From Octopus sinensis (taxonomy: Eukaryota): a DNA stretch of 64,000 bases. Below, piece by piece: positions 37,343-50,170 of the stretch; position 1 is the stretch's first letter; every line of letters starts with the position of its first letter. The DNA lies in assembly GCF_006345805.1 (NCBI RefSeq), contig NC_043008.1:58714001-58778000 (forward strand). The letters run 5' to 3'. Below the pieces are notes generated by a model. That model made no database searches. It saw only the letters and a list, made by a program, of their open reading frames with translations, and was not told the origin of the DNA. Position numbers and translations under genes: made by a program.

Positions 37343-37776
37343 GAAGTAAATAAATGGTACAACGAAGTACCGATATTTACTGGAAAATAGCGATCGTAAT
37401 AAATACGACGCTATTGTATAGCTTCACTGAGTATATACTAGCTAAGACGTGTGTGTGCAACAAACATGAAAAAAATTTGTCTTACCTCTAGGGAGAACAT
37501 CTAGGTATATGCTGCTGATGAAGACAAATCAAATCTACGTTGTCAAACGTATTTGAAGAGTCTGAAACCGGTCCTGCATTATCCGTTTCTAGGTTTTTCA
37601 TTTTTCAGATGTTTTTCCTAGATGTAAGACAATTTTTTTCCCTGTTTGTTGCACACACATGTCTTAGCTAGTATATACGCAGTGAAGCTATACAATAGCG
37701 TTGTATTTATTACGTTCGCTATTTTCCAGTAAATATCGGTACTTCGTTGTACCATTTATTTACTTTTATATGTATA
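37333..37776. mobile_element. 444-bp foldback element with 170-bp inverted arms in a TA tract, enclosing a hammerhead
   Basis: Arms 37333-37502 and 37607-37776, about 11 mismatches by eye. Confidence 0.9.
37509..37579 (+). ncRNA. Minimal type I hammerhead ribozyme, intact core
   Basis: AUGCUG CUGAUGA AGAC(long hairpin)GUCU GAAA CCGG UC|CUGCAU; palindromic ACCGGU helix III, GUC triplet at 37571-37573. Confidence 0.85.
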
Positions 37777-37850
37777 ATTTTACCCTCACGGGCTATCTTT
37801 TACTGGAAAGCAATACTTTCGTATTACATTACTATTTTCATATATACATC

Positions 37851-37882
<32 letters not shown>

Positions 37883-38635
37883 CTATATATATATATATAT
37901 TATATATAGACATATGGTCAGAGTAAAATCTGGTAAAAAAAAAATTGGGGGGATTTGAAACTCTGTTTCAGCGTCTAGTGTTAAAACATGCAAGAAATAT
38001 ATAAAATGACATCAATTGCGACAATCTTGAGTAAACGGAATAGAATAATAAGTATAATTTGTGGAATAGTGTATTTATGTAAAGTTATGGGAGGAATGTA
38101 TGGATGCGAATCCGTATGGAATAATGGAATGAATTTAGGAATATTTGCTAAAGGGGAATCGTAATATGTAAGAAAGATGAAAGGGATTAGGGATAATAGA
38201 AAACGGTTAATTATGCAGAATGAAGTGGCTGTGGGCACTTGGAGAATTTCTATAGAGGTATGGTGAAATAATGGAATATGTATACATATGTGTGTGTTTG
38301 TGTGTTTTTGTGTGCGTATGTTTGCGTGTGTGTGTGTGTGTGTGTGCTTGTTTCATGCGAGTGTGTGTGAACTGTCATATTAGATTATTACTTAATCCAC
38401 AGGTATTAACACCGAATGTGGAAAGCAGATATATCCGCTCAAAATCTTGCAACCCTTAACTGTGGAAATCGATTGTGCTCCCTCCTTTCGAAAAAAATTT
38501 TTAAAAACCCCAAAAACCTTCGCTTATGCTACGAGAAACGGCTTCTCACATCTGACACATTTTACAGGGAAAGAAAGAAATGTTCCAGATTAAAATAAAT
38601 TTCCACATATTTCATGAAACATCCCTTTATACAGT

Positions 38636-39031
38636 ACTAGCAGTATCGCCCGGCGTTGCTCGGGTTTGTAAGGGAAATAACTATAAAGCATTTTTAGAGA
38701 GTTAGAGCCAAAAAACAGCAAAATGCATTAAAAATGGAAAAAAAATTATGGTAAATTTTTTTTTAAATCGTTGACTCATCGTAGACATTTTTAGAGAGTT
38801 ACTTCCCTTTATTTAAAAAATATGCTTTAAAATGGAATAAAATTATGATAAATTATTTTAAAAATCGTAGACTCATTGTAGACGCGCGCTAATACCCAGA
38901 AGGGCTCGATATGAATCACGACTATAAGATACCAGGTTTTGGTTAAACTGCACCGCAAAATGTTGGAGTAGTTAGGAATCTAAATCGTAGGAGACAGACA
39001 CTCACACAACTTCACTTTTATATATATAGAT
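38636..39031 (+). mobile_element. Non-autonomous Helitron-like element
   Basis: Starts ACTAG with subterminal hairpin CCCGGCGTTGCTCGGG, internal tandem duplication of about 95 bp, ends TTTTATATATATAGAT; no TIR or TSD. Confidence 0.55.
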
Positions 39032-39147
39032 TAACTAAATAGCTTTAGCGGTGGATATGAAAAGCGTACCTACAGGAGCTACTCGATAAAGTATTTCAGA
39101 AGCTGAAAATATGAATTGTATTTTTTGATGGATAATTAACATTATTT

Positions 39148-39457
39148 GTGGAGGCGCAATGGCCCAGTGGTTAGGGCAGCGGACTCGCGGTCGGAGGATC
39201 GCGGTTTCGATTTCCAGAGCAGGCGTTGTGTGTTTTTATTGAGCGAAAGCAACTTAAAGCTCCACGAGGCTCCGGCAGGAGATGGTGGCGACCCCTGTCA
39301 CTACCATCCCCTAATTTCTCTCACTCTCTTATCCTGTTTCTTGAGTAACGCTGTGATGGACTGGCGTCCCGCCCAGCGGGGAGGGGGGACATACGCCACA
39401 GAAACCGGGAAACCAGGCTCATGAGCCAGGCTAGGCTTCAAAAGGCTGAAAAGAAGA
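39148..39457 (+). mobile_element. SINE family E, tail type 1
   Basis: Colinear with 4602-4908. Confidence 0.9.
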
Positions 39458-39817
39458 ATTAAGTTTATTATAGGAATAACCGCAAAATTTAATTACACAG
39501 TCAAGAATCTAAAATTGATAAGAGTTTTATATTAGATGCAGAACTAAAATATTAGCATACTCCCGTTAGTTGTAGGTAATAGATTTGAAATGTTTGTATA
39601 AATTGAAGACCCTATGCATACGTTTATCCGGAAGAAGAACCATACGAAATCGAATGCATATATTTTCTATGGTTTGCATAGCTTTTTATCCGAGTACGAT
39701 ATTAATGTTTTCAAAATTTCCAACTTAAGTGTAAAGATAACGGCTTATTTTGCACTTCCCAGATGTACGAAGCTAGTGACTTCTGGCTGGATGTGTTCGC
39801 GTTTCAGTAGGTGTAGG

Positions 39818-40249
39818 GGATCTCTTTGGTTTGAACGGCAGTTTTTTCTAGCGGTGTCATATGAAATTGTCACCCATAATTATGACACTAGAATCGATCT
39901 ATTGCATTTCAATCTATTTTAGGGTTAGGGTTAGTTAGGGTTAGGGTTAGTTAGGGTGGGGGGAAGGGTATCTTTTTGCTTCACAGATGTAAATAAACCC
40001 AATCTGTTTCTTAAACAATGGATATATTCATACAGCACATAATGTTTTTTATGTCAATAGACGTCATTGATTGGTTGAAATTACAGAAATTGAAGAAAAA
40101 CAACAAATATCTTACAAACTATAGAATTTTCTCAATAAAGCCAAGAGAAAAAGATGTTTTATAAACACATTCTACCAGTATACGACGTTTAAAATTTTTT
40201 AGTTACCTAGAAATTATGTTAAAAACTGCCGTTCTAACCGAAATGATCC
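39818..40249. mobile_element. MITE with about 29-bp TIRs, 8-bp TSD and internal TTAGGG-like repeats
   Basis: GGATCTCTTTGGTTTGAACGGCAGTTTTT ... AAAAACTGCCGTTCTAACCGAAATGATCC; TSD GGTGTAGG at 39810-39817 and 40250-40257. Confidence 0.88.
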
Positions 40250-41664
40250 GGTGTAGGTATAACAGCTACAATTCCTCCTAAATATGTTATTCTGATATGA
40301 TAATCTTATAATATTATAATCGATTGTGTTAGTGTCGTAGTTTCCTCATCTTTAGTTTATCATCCTCTTTCATTCTCATCATTAATGCTCAAAATGATTT
40401 TCTGATTATTTAGTCGCTGACAGCTAACCGAGTTATATATTCTGATAACTAAAAAAATGTTCAATTCATAAAAGTATTTACATTTAAAATTAAACTGTCG
40501 TTTTACAGTCCTATTCTTTGTTTGACTGCAGGCAAAGTAATTTTGTCAAACGACATTAAAACTTTAAAATATGGGTCTTAATTTTTCATTCTGCTTTAAT
40601 GTTTCAAATTCTTAACGCTTTAAATATCTCATCTGTTAAATGTTATTACCGGAAGAAAATCAGTCCTTAAATCCTATAATATAGCTTTTCAGAATTTTTT
40701 CATTAACTTTAAATTTCATTGGAATCTTTTCTGATCTAATGGACCAACAGTTGTCTTCTGGTTGTTGATGATGATGTTTATAATTAAGATTTATGTGTTA
40801 AGTATCATCAATTCATTAATTTATCTTTCATTTAAGTTTGCTCCTACAGTCGGTTCTGATCTAATGGCCCAGGAAGTTTTACAAGTTGGTGATAATGGAT
40901 GCGATAATTATAATAAAAAATACTAAATTTTAATCGTTTATATATTACTTTATTTATTTAGCAGTTTGTAGATCGTCATTAATGTACCTTTCCCGTTATT
41001 TGAATGCTTATTGATATTTTTATACTTTAATTATTTTACTCATTATTCTATTTTTCATTCAGTATATATTTTACAGCTATACTTGATCAAGCGGTTCAAT
41101 ATCTCCAAATTAATAGTGATGATGATAACAGTGGCGATAATGCGGGTAGCATCAAATATCATTAACATGAGAATTGTGCTATCTTTAGCATCAGTTTGCA
41201 TTTGTTTACTTATCTTTTTCCACTAATTTTTTAAACGATATTTTCTCTCCTCGTTTCTCTTCTCTTCCACTTTCCATTTATCTCCCCTTGAATTAAAAAA
41301 AAAATCTCTCCCAATTCTGCAACATTGATAGGCCACACATTCTCTCTCTCTCTCTCTCTCTTTGAGTCTCACACAATAATCTCCTCTCTCCTCATTGTCA
41401 CTTTCCTCCCACCATCTCCAAAGCAGTGCACTTCACAATACCCCTTTCCCTCTCCAATACTAAAACAGCCCTGCCACCACAATATTAAGTTATATCTGGA
41501 AGAATACGGCAGTAATAATTAGTAACTTGCCTTTCAACAAGTCATTTCCGTAAAATATGATACATAAGAACTTGTATTTATGTATGTGTATATATGTATT
41601 TTTGATATTATAAGATGTTATAACTTTGAGAGAAATTAAAATTATTCTTGTTCGCGAATTGTAG

Positions 41665-41810
41665 ATCTTGAAGCAGCTACAGCTATAAATTTTAGCTAAA
41701 AATCTCTTTCCTATGATATCTACAGTCGCAATGAATATATGTATATGTGTATACACATACACACACATAAACATATGTATATAAGAGATTTGTATGTAGG
41801 ACCATATACT

Positions 41811-41850
<40 letters not shown>

Positions 41851-42025
41851 TGCACATATGAGCATGTATATATGTATGTATCTCGAAGCAGCTAAAGCTA
41901 TAAATTTTAGCTAAAAATCTCTTTCCTATGAGAGCTACAGTCGCAATGAATATACGTGTATGTGTATACACATACACACACATAAACATATGTATATAAG
42001 AGATTTGTATGTAGGGCCATATACT

Positions 42026-42061
<36 letters not shown>

Positions 42062-42111
42062 TATATATATATATATATGCATGCGCATATGAGCATGTAT
42101 CTATGTATGTA
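41665..42111. repeat. Tandem duplication (about 216 and 232 bp units) containing a variable TA tract
   Basis: GAAGCAGCTA(C/A)AGCTATAAATTTTAGCTAAAAATCTCTTTCCTATG occurs at about 41670 and 41885. Confidence 0.9.
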
Positions 42112-42917
42112 CGTATGTATGTGCAAGTATGTATGTTTGTGTGTGTGTGTGTGTGTTTGTGTACGAAACATTGTGGTTTTAAATATCAAAAAGGGGAGGG
42201 GGGACATAAACACAGGGTGTCACTTTTACAATTTCTAAGAGATATTTTATTGCCACATCTAATCAAGCCTGCGTTATTAATCACCCGAGCATAGATCGAT
42301 ATGTTGATTATAGTCGCTTACACGAAGCACAACTCTGATAATCTCAAATTAATTTACCCTAAATTTTCATAAGAGAGCCTGGATTGAAATCTTTAATGCT
42401 AATTAATAAAACGTTTCATTTTAGTAATTAATAAGGATGCATGGTAAGATTTCCGAGCATACATTGTAGTAAGTCATACTGTAAAAAGTCCTGCTGTAAA
42501 AAGCAGATGATTTTAAGCAACCTGGCAAAAAGAGATTTCTTTCAATGCGCGCCTGTGTGCAGAGCATAAACAAATCTAAGCCAGTATAAGAGGTATTCTT
42601 TTATATTTTTCCGGACAGTAAAACCAGGATTTACTCTCTGAGGAAGTAAAAAAAAATAAATTAAAAAAATAAAGAATATATATATATATAAAAGCGCTGA
42701 AAATAGTGAGGTCGCTCTGTTATCTTGGTCACAAACAGAAAAACAGGTGGTTTAACAAAAGTCTCTACTTTTCGCAAAAAGGCAAAAGGTATGTTTAGTA
42801 TAAACATGTTTATACTGGTGCCTTACTTCTGTCTGTTTCGCCAACAATTGCTCACTCATTCTCTGTTCACACATACACACACACACCACACACGTACAAA
42901 ATATATATATATATATA

Positions 42918-42951
<34 letters not shown>

Positions 42952-42981
42952 GGAGAGAAGGAGATACATATATATTATGTT

Positions 42982-43017
<36 letters not shown>

Positions 43018-43499
43018 TATACACGCATATATATATATATATATACGCATATATATATAATATATATAATATATATATATATATGTATGTGTATATATAT
43101 CCACATACATGTGTGTATGTATATGTATATATATATATATGTATACACATCCTACATATATATAAGGACATACAGATGCGCACATATGTTCCTGTGATTG
43201 TAGAGAGTGTATAAATATTAACAAGCAAAAAGAGAATTCTTTTCTCGTAAGTCGTATTTCAATGCTGACACTTATAAACAGGATCATGCATGAATATTTA
43301 TAGATATGCTTATGTATGCATCTATTTACGCAAACGCACATATTCACAGAAAATCAAACACGTACTCACATACGTACGCACACGCGTAAGCAAAATAGTC
43401 TCTCATATACACCCACGAATACAGAGCAATCTCACAGTTCTATGTCCGCCATTATTTGAATACGTGCGCAAATCTGTTCACCATGTCTGTATATATTAC

Positions 43500-43863
43500 G
43501 GCACTACGTCGGTTACAACGACGAAGGTTCCAGTTGATCCAATCAACGGAACCACCTGCTCCTGAAATTAACGTGCAAGTGGCTGATTACGCCACAGACA
43601 CGTATATCCATAACGTAATTCTCGGGGAGCGTGGCAAGGCTGGCCCTTTGAAATACAGGTACAACAGAAACAGGAAAAAAGATAAGAGAAATTTGTGGGG
43701 AAAGAATACAGCAGGGTTCGCCCCCCCACCTACCTGCCGGAGCCTTGTGGAGCTTTAAGTGTTGCCGCTCAAGAAACACTCGCAACGACCGGTGTGGGAA
43801 TCGAAACCGGGATCTTATGACCGCGAGTCCGCTGCCATAACCACTAAGCCGTTGCGCCTCAAC
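43500..43863 (-). mobile_element. SINE family E, tail type 2
   Basis: Reverse-complement homology to 10517-10903. Confidence 0.85.
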
Positions 43864-44367
43864 TCACCATGTCTACGTAAGAAACACTGTGCAAACGTAG
43901 CTATTGTTCATTTGATAGAAAATAACAAGAGCAAGCTGCAAATGCACATCTTACATAAAGGATGTCATCAAACAACATCTATGCCACGTATATCAAATAG
44001 TTAGCATTTTAGTAGTTCAGTGTAGTATTAAATCTCTAAAAATGATCTGTGATTCATTATGTTTTTTTAAACATTGAATTTTCAATTTACATTTGGTGAG
44101 AATTTCGCCGACAGTAATATTCACATATAAACCTGTTGTCATGTATTTGTTTAGTTTTGTTTTACTGACGATTCTTCAAATAGATTACGTTTAGAAATAT
44201 ATATTTGTTGACGCATAATTTTAGTTACAAAATTTCCTGAAGAATAACGCCAGAATAAAGCTTATTTGTATAAGAATAAAGAAAGTTTCAAAGTCAGGTG
44301 TAATGAATTACTTTTAACGGTGGTATATGTAAAACAACAATTTCTGTAAACGTCTCAGACGTTGTTA

Positions 44368-44368
44368 C

Positions 44369-44417
<49 letters not shown>

Positions 44418-44505
44418 TAATAATAATAGAAATTTGCAAAATGTGGGACCTGAAGACTAAAACAATAACTGTTGTCATAACAATAATAATAATAATAATA
44501 ATAAC

Positions 44506-44544
<39 letters not shown>

Positions 44545-44582
44545 TAACAATAATAATAATAACAATAATAATAATAATAACA
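44368..44582. repeat. (AAT)n tracts
   Basis: Direct inspection. Confidence 0.9.
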
Positions 44583-44801
44583 TTGTTTTGTCATGGGATA
44601 AAAGATGAGCTACGGCATGTATTCTGGTCATTTGCTTGACTTTAACCACCGGTTTCATACTTCGCGACTTTTTCAACTTAGAGTAAAGCATGAAAAGCAA
44701 TTAAATTGTGGAAAAATTAAATAAAATGCTGATTTAAAAATATTTCCATAGTTTTCAAATACGTGGGACATTTTCTTTGTTTTTTTATGCGTGTGTGTGT
44801 G

Positions 44802-44833
<32 letters not shown>

Positions 44834-44843
44834 TTGTGTGCAG

Positions 44844-45568
44844 GCACAGAGGGGAGGTCGTAGCATACAACTCAACATCCACGAACTCATATATCCCAAA
44901 CCAAAGAAGGATTTATAACCAAAAGCCCTACTATAATTCTCCACACACAGCCACTTTAACAATGAAGTATTCGACATCATCCTCCAGAATATTCCTCTAC
45001 TAAAAAGGGACCACAGATTGAATCTATTCCTCCAAAAGCACACCATCATAAAGAGCAAAAGACAACCCAAATCAATGAGAAGTTTCCTAACACAAACCCA
45101 AGTACGCTCGGCAACAACATTGAAGCTAACAGTAAAAAAAATGGGGAAGACCTAACTGTGGTATATGCGTCAACCTAATTGGGGCATCGGAGTTCTCCTT
45201 CAAACAAGGTCAACGTTTTACAGCGAAAAACAACATAACATATATTTCGGTGAACCTAATATATGTATTAACTTGCACGGGATGTCGAGAGCAATACATA
45301 GGCGAAACCAAAAACAGTGTACGCCAGAGGATGACCCTACATAGATCCCAGATTGAAATTCGGGAATACACAAAAATAGCATTTAGCGAAACATCGACAT
45401 TTGCGTTACTAACGAACAACCCAACTTCAGAATTTTCCCTTCTATAAATTCAGGGACGATGCAACCTATAATTGCCGCATTAGCGAAGATTCATATTTTA
45501 TCGCAAAATATAAACTCATATTGAATGCTTCTATCACAGATGACACTACAACAATGGTCTTAGAATAA
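44844..45568 (+). mobile_element. Penelope-like element relic: linker plus GIY-YIG endonuclease, frameshifted
   Basis: KSKRQPKSMRSFLT, GRPNCGIC, NLIYVLTCTGCREQYIGETKNSVRQRMTLHRSQI; reconstructed continuation HIDIC..FRIFPFYK. Confidence 0.88.
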
Positions 45569-46045
45569 TACCCACGCAAGTATTAAAAACGATATATTCA
45601 GAACAATCACTACCCATGAATTTATTCAGAACAATTCCAATCACCACTGCTATAACTGCAACAGGTCACTTTTATGTCACTCGGCCATTTAAGAAGACTC
45701 TAATAAAAATCTACTACTGTCATACTACTCTGTGTTTTTCTTCTTTCTCTTCTTTTCTCCTCCCTCTTCTTCTTCTTCTTCTTCTTCTTCTTCTTCTTCT
45801 TCTTCTTCTTCTTCTTCTTCTTCGCCACTGATACTTAAACGATCTAAATCCAGAACCAACATCTCTTATATATATCAAATATTTCTGCTACTACATACTG
45901 TGCCTTTACAAAAGTAAAAGAGATATATAGATAGATAGATAGATATTTGGAAACTGGAAATATTTGAAAAAAAATTCAACAATATTATTGTTTTTCATGA
46001 TTTACAACATGGGTGTACGGGGGAGGCAGTTTTTACAGCACAAAT

Positions 46046-46215
46046 AGGCACAGGCATGGCTGTATGGTAGGGAGCTGGCTTCCCAAACACATTGTTCCGG
46101 GTTCAGTCCTACAGCGTGACACCTTGGATAAATGTCTTCGGCAGTAGCAACGAGTCGACAAATGTCATGTGACTGGATTTGGTAGACAGAAATTGAAAGA
46201 AACCTGTCGTGTATG
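46046..46215 (+). mobile_element. SINE family C head/central region
   Basis: AGGCACAGGCATGGCTGTATGG..GTTCCGGGTTCAGTCC..GGATTTGGTAGACAGAAATTGAAAGAA. Confidence 0.75.
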
Positions 46216-46769
46216 TGTGTGTGTGTGAGCGTGTGTGAGCGTTTGTGTCTACGTGCGTGTATTCGAACATGCATGCACGTAATGTCAGGCTTTTGTCGGA
46301 TTCTTTCCGTTACATGTGTCGGAGGTTCAGCTATCTCAATAACCTTTGAAGAAAAAAATTTACTTAGAATACAGACACACTACCATTGATAATTTTTACG
46401 ACTGAGATGAGGCTGATATTTACAATTAGCGAATGAGCTTCACGCTTTATCATTCATTTTCTCATAACTTTGGACATTAGCTAAACATATGAATAAAAAC
46501 CATTGATAGAAAAGTTTGTTCCATGGCACTAGCAGATTTAATTGTTCCATATGTAGAAATCTAAGATTTGTCGAAATTATGTATGTATGACTCTTTCACC
46601 TGAGGATTCGAAACGATTCGCTTTCCGCTTTCTACTCTGTAATTCAAGGATGTTTTTAAAATTGAAAGGGAATGAATGCTATTACGATCGTTGTGGTGTG
46701 AGGAAAAATATATAAACTAATATTAATACGTTCATAAAAAACATTTAAGCATTCATATATACATAACTA

Positions 46770-46808
<39 letters not shown>

Positions 46809-46838
46809 ATCTATCTATCTATCTATCTATCTATATAA

Positions 46839-46872
<34 letters not shown>

Positions 46873-46918
46873 ATACACATACATATGCAAACACACACAC
46901 ATACACACACACACACAC

Positions 46919-46959
<41 letters not shown>

Positions 46960-47045
46960 TTATAAATGGGGAATAGCATAAAATTTATTACGAGTTGAAT
47001 TATATATTGCGGCTTATAGTATGTATATATATATATATATAAATG

Positions 47046-47081
<36 letters not shown>

Positions 47082-47560
47082 TGATAGATTATATATATAT
47101 ATATTTATATACCTACGTATGTATGTATGTATGTATGTATGTATGTATGTATGTATGTAGTTTTGATATGTAAGAATCTAATATTCACAGCAGTGTTGAT
47201 ATATTATGCATCCTTAGATAGTAGTGACGACGTGAATTTTATGTGTATGCCAATGTTTGTCTCCTTCAAATCAATGAAAGTCACATATTCTGAAATGAAT
47301 ATGTTATGTTTAACGACATGGAAGATTTACAATGAAGACGAGCGTCTATTTACACAAGTACGTTGGTGGACATGTGTACCTCAAATTGAATAAACCGTTC
47401 TTAGAAACGTATTCCTTTAGAAATTCTTCATTTTCCTCAGATGACATATTGCTTTCTGAAATTAATACTTTTAATATAGCGTCCCGATATTTCATACTTC
47501 CTGCTGCCTACAATTTTCAGCGCTTAAATGCATGCGCACATACGTGCGCATACGCACACG

Positions 47561-47601
<41 letters not shown>

Positions 47602-47792
47602 ATGCAGATACAGAAAGACAATGATACAAACATGCATACGTACGTTTTGGGATATTATACACACACACACACACACACACATATATTATTATAATATATC
47701 TATCTATGTTATCTATCTATCTATATCAATATATAGATATATATACATATATATATATTATCTATCAATCTATCTGTATCTATCTATCTATC

Positions 47793-47831
<39 letters not shown>

Positions 47832-47835
<4 letters not shown>

Positions 47836-48196
47836 CACGTGCCGTCATTAATCACTCAGGGTAGGCAGTTGGTGACCCTTATGTAGTAAAACACACAAGA
47901 AATAAGCGAAACTCAGGCAGCGACTGAGTTGAAGGCAGTTCTATTTCTCCCATTATAGCACGTAAAGAGAACGGTGTTGTAGAAATGTACACAGAACTTG
48001 TACTACAGCAGTATTATGCGTAGCTCAAATACCGATGCTGAAAAGCAGGGGCGAATTATTCCTACCTAATCTACAAAAAAATAATACATCTTATTGAATT
48101 AGGCGCATATTTTGCCATGGGAGGAAAATGTTGCTATCTCTATTTTATTCAAAGTAAGCACTGCCTACCTTGCTTACCTAAGCGGCACGTCCCTGG
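47832..48196. mobile_element. Possible old MITE with degenerate TIRs between TA tracts
   Basis: GGCACGTGCCG..GGTAGGCAGT mirrored by ACTGCCTACC..CGGCACGTCCC. Confidence 0.4.
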
Positions 48197-48299
<103 letters not shown>

Positions 48300-48490
48300 T
48301 AATATGTATATATATATATATATATACACACATAATATTTTATAATCATAAGTATAATCATAAGTATAATTATAATTAGGGTTCAGCAAAGGTTGTTTTA
48401 CCACACACCGAACTTTAGAAATAGCAGCCGAAGAACCTTAGCTATTTCTTCTACTATCAGAAGAAACTCCCAGATAAACAAATATGATTA

Positions 48491-48788
48491 TTTATGCGCC
48501 TTTTCAAGCCTAGCTCATGGGCCCGGTTTCCAGGTTTCTATGGCGTGTGTGTTCCCCCCAGCTCGACGCGACGCCAGTCTATCGCAGCGTTACTCAACAA
48601 ACAGGAAGAAAGAGTGAGAGAAAGTTGGAACGAAAGAGTACAACAGGGGTTGCCTCCATCCCCTGCCGTGGAGCTTTAGATGTTTTCGTTCAATAAATAC
48701 ACACAACGCCCGGTCTGGGAATCGAAACCGCGATCCTCCGACCGCGAGTCCGCTGCCCTAATCACTGGGCGGGTCATTGCCTCTCCAC
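48491..48788 (-). mobile_element. SINE family E, tail type 1
   Basis: Reverse-complement homology to 4602-4908. Confidence 0.9.
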
Positions 48789-49591
48789 CGTAGAATATGT
48801 TTACGTAAGTGCACCACTTGCAAACTCGTACACAGATCAAATCCACTGCAAGCAACCACGTACTCCGACAACTGTCTTGACTTAAACAAAATATGTTTTG
48901 TTACATAGTTGTTAACTGGCTTGAATTCTGCAACCGATAAAATGCTTAAAATATACCCCCACCACCCACAATTAAAAAAACCTCCCCCATACACCCACGT
49001 TATAAAGAGATGAATTAACTCGTTGTAGCTACGAATTTCTCTAATGGATTTGCTGTTTTTGCTTTCACGTAAAGACGTAAAAGCCAAGAAAAATTCATAA
49101 AACTGAAATAATGAATAATCAAATTTTGACGAGAAGAAAAATTCTGATGGAAGCTGAGCGTTATTATGAAACTGCTTATGACTGATGCTCTTAACGTAAC
49201 GCATAAATTTTTGCGAAGGAAAATGTCACTATGTTAATTTTCGTTTAAGAGAAAACAAAATTAAAGCAACGCAATGAACTTTGAGAATGCAAAATAATAA
49301 GATGCAGATCAAATTCTTCCGGTGATTTTATCCTTTCTTTGAACGGCGAAATTCTTTCACACTGGGTGAAATAATAATTTCAATAGGCCTGCTACTGAAA
49401 GAGTCTCTTTCTTGATAATAGCAGCACTGTGTAACAAAGAATGAGAACTAGAAATATCATTACGATTAGCATCTGGTGAATCTGATTATAGCATTTTGAA
49501 TCTTGTCTCGGAGATTGTAAATGTTTCATAAAGGATATACTTTGTTAATATGTTGTAGATATGCGTGGAATATTGAAATGTGCGACTTGGA

Positions 49592-50170
49592 AGGCGGCGA
49601 GCTGGCAGAAACGTTAGCACGCCGGGCGAAATACGTAGCCGTATTTTGTCTGCCGTTAGGTTCCGAGTTCAAATTCCGCCGAGGTCGACTTTGCCTTTCA
49701 TGCTTTCGGGGTCTATTAAATAAGTACTAGTTACGCACTGGGGTCGATATAATCGACTTAATCAGTTTGTCTGTCCTTGTTTGTCCTCTCTGTGTTTAGT
49801 CCCCTGTGGGTAGTAAAGAAATAGGTATGTTGTCCGCCAAAGGGTTCTGAGTTCAAAATCCGCCGAGGTCGTCTTTGCCTTTCCTCATCATCACCATTGT
49901 TCGACCGTGGTCGAGACAATGGAATTTACCATGCTACGCCAGACTTCACGGTCCATCATGGCATTACGGAGGTCCTGTTGCTGGATGCCTGTATCCCTGG
50001 AGATTACATCAGTGTAGGAGAGTGTGCTCCCTCTGGTATTGCGAGTAGATGGCTTCATTCTTTCATTCTTCCGGGGTCGATAATCTAAGTACCAGTTGTG
50101 CACTGGGGTTGATCTAATAGACTGGCCCCCTTCCACAAAATTTCGAGCCTTGCGTCTAGAGTAGAAAAGA
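49592..50170 (+). mobile_element. SINE-A dimer (head+tail 1 followed by headless body+tail 2); the second unit is interrupted by a LINE fragment
   Basis: Junction AAAGAAATAGGTAT|GTTGTCCGCC at about 49828; second body resumes at 50054. Confidence 0.85.
49884..50053 (-). mobile_element. RTE-like LINE 3' end nested in SINE-A
   Basis: TLSYTDVISRDTGIQQQDLRNAMMDREVWRSMV; terminal hairpin TCGACC-GT-GGTCGA and short TGA repeats. Confidence 0.7.

Noticed and set aside
39918-39958. TTAGGG repeats as a telomere or chromosome fusion scar
   Set aside because: Short, imperfect and internal to a TIR/TSD-bounded element
40260-41250. Protocadherin pseudogene (three PLDQ-like motifs, DENE/IND fragments on the minus strand)
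   Set aside because: Motif spacing (about 225 and 125 bp) does not fit roughly 320-bp cadherin repeats, the frames disagree, and two motifs are a short DNA duplication
46596-46625. CTGAGGATTCGAAACG (and CTGACGA..AGAAA at 44165) as hammerheads
   Set aside because: Helix II is missing or unpaired and helix I is not formed
47865-47936. GAAACTCAG-loop-CTGAGTT resembling hammerhead helix III and cleavage site
   Set aside because: Upstream box is UUGGUGA (two core mismatches) and no helix I partner was found
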